DNA of 64,000 nucleotides from Opitutia bacterium UBA3534 (GTDB lineage Bacteria; Verrucomicrobiota; Verrucomicrobiia; Opitutales; UBA3534): NCBI GenBank assembly GCA_002376875.1, contig DFOT01000011.1, positions 71,034 to 135,033 of the forward strand, read 5' to 3'. Shown piece by piece: positions 62,862 to 64,000 of this stretch (position 1 is its first letter; each line of letters starts with the position of its first letter). The notes under the pieces were generated by a model. It saw only the letters and a program-made list of their open reading frames with translations, ran no database searches and was not told where the DNA came from. The position numbers and the translations under genes were made by a program.

Positions 62862-63441
62862 TACCTCCTTTAAGGAAGCTACCTACCTAGAGCAGCACTT
62901 TGCAGATCTTGACTCCCCAGAAGCCACCCTTGAAAACAAAACCTTCGAGGGGTGTACCTTCACACGCTGTAACCTTGAGAAAGCCTCTTTCTCCAAAAGT
63001 CAATTCATCGACTGTACCTTTCAAAGCTGTAACCTCTCTTTAATTGAAGTGGGCAACACACAATTCACAGACGTGAGCTTCATAGACACCAAGCTACTAG
63101 GGGTGAAGTGGCCTGATGCCCGGGATACCCTCTTTGCCGTCCACTTCACAGATTGTGTGCTTAACTACTGTAACTTCTTTGGGGTTAATCTCAAAAAAGG
63201 CACTGTGAAAGACTGTACTGCTCATGAGGTAAGCCTCCAAGAAGCAGATCTAACCCAGGCTGACTGCTCAGGGACTGATTTCCACAAAAGCATTTTCCTC
63301 AATACTTGTTTAGAGAAAACAGATTTTTCAGGCGCACAAAATTATGAGATCGACTGTTTTTCAAATAAAATCAGTAAAGCTATTTTTACCCTACCTGAAG
63401 CTGTTTCGCTTTTAAGCAGCCTAGACATAAAGATTAAATAA
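62848..63441 (+). CDS. Pentapeptide-repeat protein
   Basis: Track 62815..63441; ATG 62848 (MSASDTSF) is preferred. Repeated A(D/N)LxX-like units: FEGCTFTRCNLEKASFSKSQFIDCTFQSCNLSLIEVGNTQFTDVSF... Confidence 0.75.
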   Translation: MSASDTSFKEATYLEQHFADLDSPEATLENKTFEGCTFTRCNLEKASFSKSQFIDCTFQSCNLSLIEVGNTQFTDVSFIDTKLLGVKWPDARDTLFAVHFTDCVLNYCNFFGVNLKKGTVKDCTAHEVSLQEADLTQADCSGTDFHKSIFLNTCLEKTDFSGAQNYEIDCFSNKISKAIFTLPEAVSLLSSLDIKIK

Positions 63442-63446
63442 AAAGA

Positions 63447-64000
63447 GTGCCCCAGGATAAAAAAGGCTTTGCTGTTGTCGTTGCTATTAGCTTGATGGCT
63501 TTTTTGATGCTCTTGAGTTTAGGTATTACTAGCACCCTAAAACTAGCCAATCAAAGGTCCAGCCTTAGGCACGCCCAAAAGCAAGCCCAAGACAACGCAC
63601 GCTACAGCTTGCAATGGGCCCTTGCGCAACTCACTGAATACACGGGGGCAGACACACGCATCATCGCCCCTAAGGATACAGATGATGGAACCTTAGGAGC
63701 CTGGGATGCGAGCGATTGGGACTTCCAGAACCCTGAGCAAAAGCATTTCATTGCTTGGCTAGGCGAAGCAAAAAAAGAAGTCCCAAACCATACCGGGGAA
63801 CATATTGCCTTTAGTGTCCATAAGGTAAAGGCCCCCCAAGGACTTTTGACCAATGTCCACACTGGAGGCTTCCGCGAAGAGCTTACCCAAGCGATACACT
63901 CCAAGCCTTCAACAGAACGCATCCCTTGGGAGACCCTGGAGGAAACCGTCCCCTTGCCTACCTGGGGATTTCTTAAAGGCTTTTTAGACCTCGTAAACAA
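63447..64000 (+). CDS. Hypothetical protein with a pseudopilin/GspK-like N-terminal hydrophobic segment; 3' end outside the window
   Basis: Not in the track because no stop lies in the window. Hand translation from GTG 63447: VPQDKKGFAVVVAISLMAFLMLLSLGITSTLKLANQRSSLRHAQKQAQDNARYSLQWALAQL... It stays open to the window edge. Track ORF 63602..64000(-) is its antisense. Confidence 0.5.
   Translation, partial: MPQDKKGFAVVVAISLMAFLMLLSLGITSTLKLANQRSSLRHAQKQAQDNARYSLQWALAQLTEYTGADTRIIAPKDTDDGTLGAWDASDWDFQNPEQKHFIAWLGEAKKEVPNHTGEHIAFSVHKVKAPQGLLTNVHTGGFREELTQAIHSKPSTERIPWETLEETVPLPTWGFLKGFLDLVN

Noticed and set aside
63602-64000. 132-aa minus-strand ORF at the right edge.
   Set aside because: It is antisense to the + strand ORF from 63447, which has a plausible pseudopilin-like N-terminus and tight coupling to the upstream gene. 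The minus ORF also needs a TTG start at the window edge.
1-64000. CRISPR arrays, rRNA genes, IS elements, prophage or known defence-system genes.
   Set aside because: I saw no regularly spaced direct repeats, no rRNA-like segments, and no transposase, integrase, recombinase, restriction or Cas-like motifs in any listed or hand-read ORF.

Overview
This is a 64-kb chromosomal segment with about 60 protein genes and two tRNAs. I saw no rRNA, CRISPR array, transposase or integrase. The gene content points to the PVC superphylum, probably Verrucomicrobiota, but this is inference only: tandem PEP-CTERM/autotransporter-associated beta-strand-repeat (PATR) proteins, Wza/Wzc-type EPS export genes, RNase HII plus HIII, HDOD, a response-regulator-PP2C with an RsbW-like kinase, and Sel1-repeat proteins. 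The backbone is housekeeping: prx-trxB, lhgO, trmH, deoA, ndk, trkA, lipB-lipA, dgt, gpmI, trxA, recR-ybaB, priA, rnhB-rnhC, mutY, fmt, parB, secG.

The most interesting observations are:
1. A hand-read 21-codon leucine-rich leader ORF sits upstream of an NSS/LeuT-family transporter (49436-49600, minus strand). It comes with mutually exclusive hairpins and a U8 terminator, which is the layout of a classical ribosome-mediated attenuator. It is too short for the ORF track.
2. Five PEP-CTERM/PATR paralogs lie in tandem, headed by a paralog with an L-type-lectin-like domain. They are divergent from a glycosyltransferase/acetyltransferase operon that continues directly into a partner-switching phosphatase/kinase pair.
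3. Several large, visibly A+T-richer, helical ORFan proteins are scattered among the housekeeping genes, including a 1262-aa basic protein and a 626+-codon ORF that runs off the left edge and is absent from the track.
4. A 166-nt rod-like inverted-repeat element lies next to tRNA-Arg.
5. A 0.65-kb orphan region beside tRNA-Tyr ends in a perfect 14-bp terminator.

All functional calls come from motifs read by eye in the translations. No database search or folding program was run.
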